From assembly GCF_006345805.1 (NCBI RefSeq), contig NC_043004.1:16740001-16804000 (forward strand): a DNA stretch of 64,000 nt. Direction: 5' to 3'. A program made the translations under genes and the position numbers. The notes under the pieces were generated by a model. That model made no database searches, was not told the DNA's origin, and saw only the letters and a program-made list of their open reading frames with translations. Each line of letters opens with the position of its first letter. Positions within the stretch are counted from its first letter, which is position 1. Positions 63,305 through 64,000 of this stretch are shown one piece after another. The stretch comes from Octopus sinensis. Lineage: Eukaryota.

Positions 63305-64000
63305 CTATTTGAATCTAGAAAAGGTGAACGGTAGCCTATGAATGCAAAAGAAGTTTTTTTCATTTATGTTGTTAATAATTTGCCGACCCGCTTTAATAAT
63401 GAAAAAAATTTCATTAATACATAGAGAGCATTTTTTATTTTTCCCATTATACACAGGTGCTGAAGTTAGTATTTTCCAGTTTAATCTAAAATCTAAGTTC
63501 TTACTTTTAAGTTCCCAAATGTATGCACTTAGCCCTGTAGAGTACATTCTATTTTTATTTCTAAAAGTATATCTGTGATAATTCAATCTTTGTTTTATGC
63601 TATTCATAGTTGCCCCAATATACACCCTACTACTCAATTGTGTATCTACAGTGCATTGGTAAACTACCTCCTTCCTGAGGCATTGATTACCAAATACACA
63701 TTTATTTTTGTTTCTGCAATTACAAAGATTAACAGAATGAGGAAATCTAAGATTGGTCCCCACCCCTATACTACCATTCACATTATAAGTGTTACAATTG
63801 TTATCATCATCCAAACCCAAAATCAACGAATGAGTTAATTTCACATTATTGGCTATATTCCTATCACTAGTACTAGTATTGGTAGTAGTAGTTTGATCTA
63901 TTACATTTATATTATCTCTAACAGGTACGGTGCACTCATTATTAGTAAGGGGGTTGTTCACATTCGTTCCAAGAAAGTTTCTGTTCCTATTATTATTAAA
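63305..64000 (-). CDS. PLE C-terminal GIY-YIG endonuclease; frame open to the window edge
   Basis: CNCRNKNKC..QCLRKEVVY..RVYIGAT..KQRLNYH..LSAYIWELK..WKI..CSLC..N..E..CIH. The 13 codons upstream of the listed GTG contain no stop. Confidence 0.88.
   Translation of the reverse strand, partial: FNNNRNRNFLGTNVNNPLTNNECTVPVRDNINVIDQTTTTNTSTSDRNIANNVKLTHSLILGLDDDNNCNTYNVNGSIGVGTNLRFPHSVNLCNCRNKNKCVFGNQCLRKEVVYQCTVDTQLSSRVYIGATMNSIKQRLNYHRYTFRNKNRMYSTGLSAYIWELKSKNLDFRLNWKILTSAPVYNGKNKKCSLCINEIFFIIKAGRQIINNINEKNFFCIHRLPFTFSRFK

Larger units (their letters stand above)
60978..64000 (-). mobile_element. Penelope-like element: C-terminal GIY-YIG, ~2.3-kb AT-rich 3' region and HHR; continues beyond the window
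   Basis: The ORF end and the HHR are on the same strand; the 3' end abuts (TA)n. Confidence 0.75.

Overview
AT-rich, microsatellite-dense animal DNA. The SINE, LINE and Penelope repertoire suggests an octopus or other cephalopod, but this is inference. No intact host protein-coding gene, rRNA, true tRNA or CRISPR array is supported, so the window looks intronic or intergenic. It is built from mobile elements: two RTE LINE fragments, a 5'-truncated CR1-type LINE with an open 448-aa RT frame, decayed R4/Dong-like LINE pieces, several Penelope-like elements (PLEs; RT and/or GIY-YIG), mariner/Tc1 relics, non-autonomous Helitrons, at least five SINE families and a 3.6-kb 23-bp minisatellite. The main unannotated signal is a set of type I hammerhead ribozymes (HHRs) read by eye. 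(1) A 399-bp head-to-tail dimer (47827-48622) carries one intact HHR per unit, the architecture of a non-LTR retrozyme that yields a 399-nt monomer or circRNA. (2) Immediately next to it, on the opposite strand, an intact U3-A8 core-variant HHR (48814-48855) caps a long rod inside 131-bp inverted repeats. (3) An HHR with an 85-nt branched stem II (61158-61287) lies 3' of a PLE GIY-YIG ORF. (4) Degenerate HHRs sit at 37100, 44383 and 49373. Also seen: a CR1 LINE and a SINE family sharing a 3' tail hairpin with compensatory base changes, a dimeric SINE that inserted as one unit with a 15-bp TSD, and a Helitron split by the minisatellite. Family names come from motif recall, not database searches.
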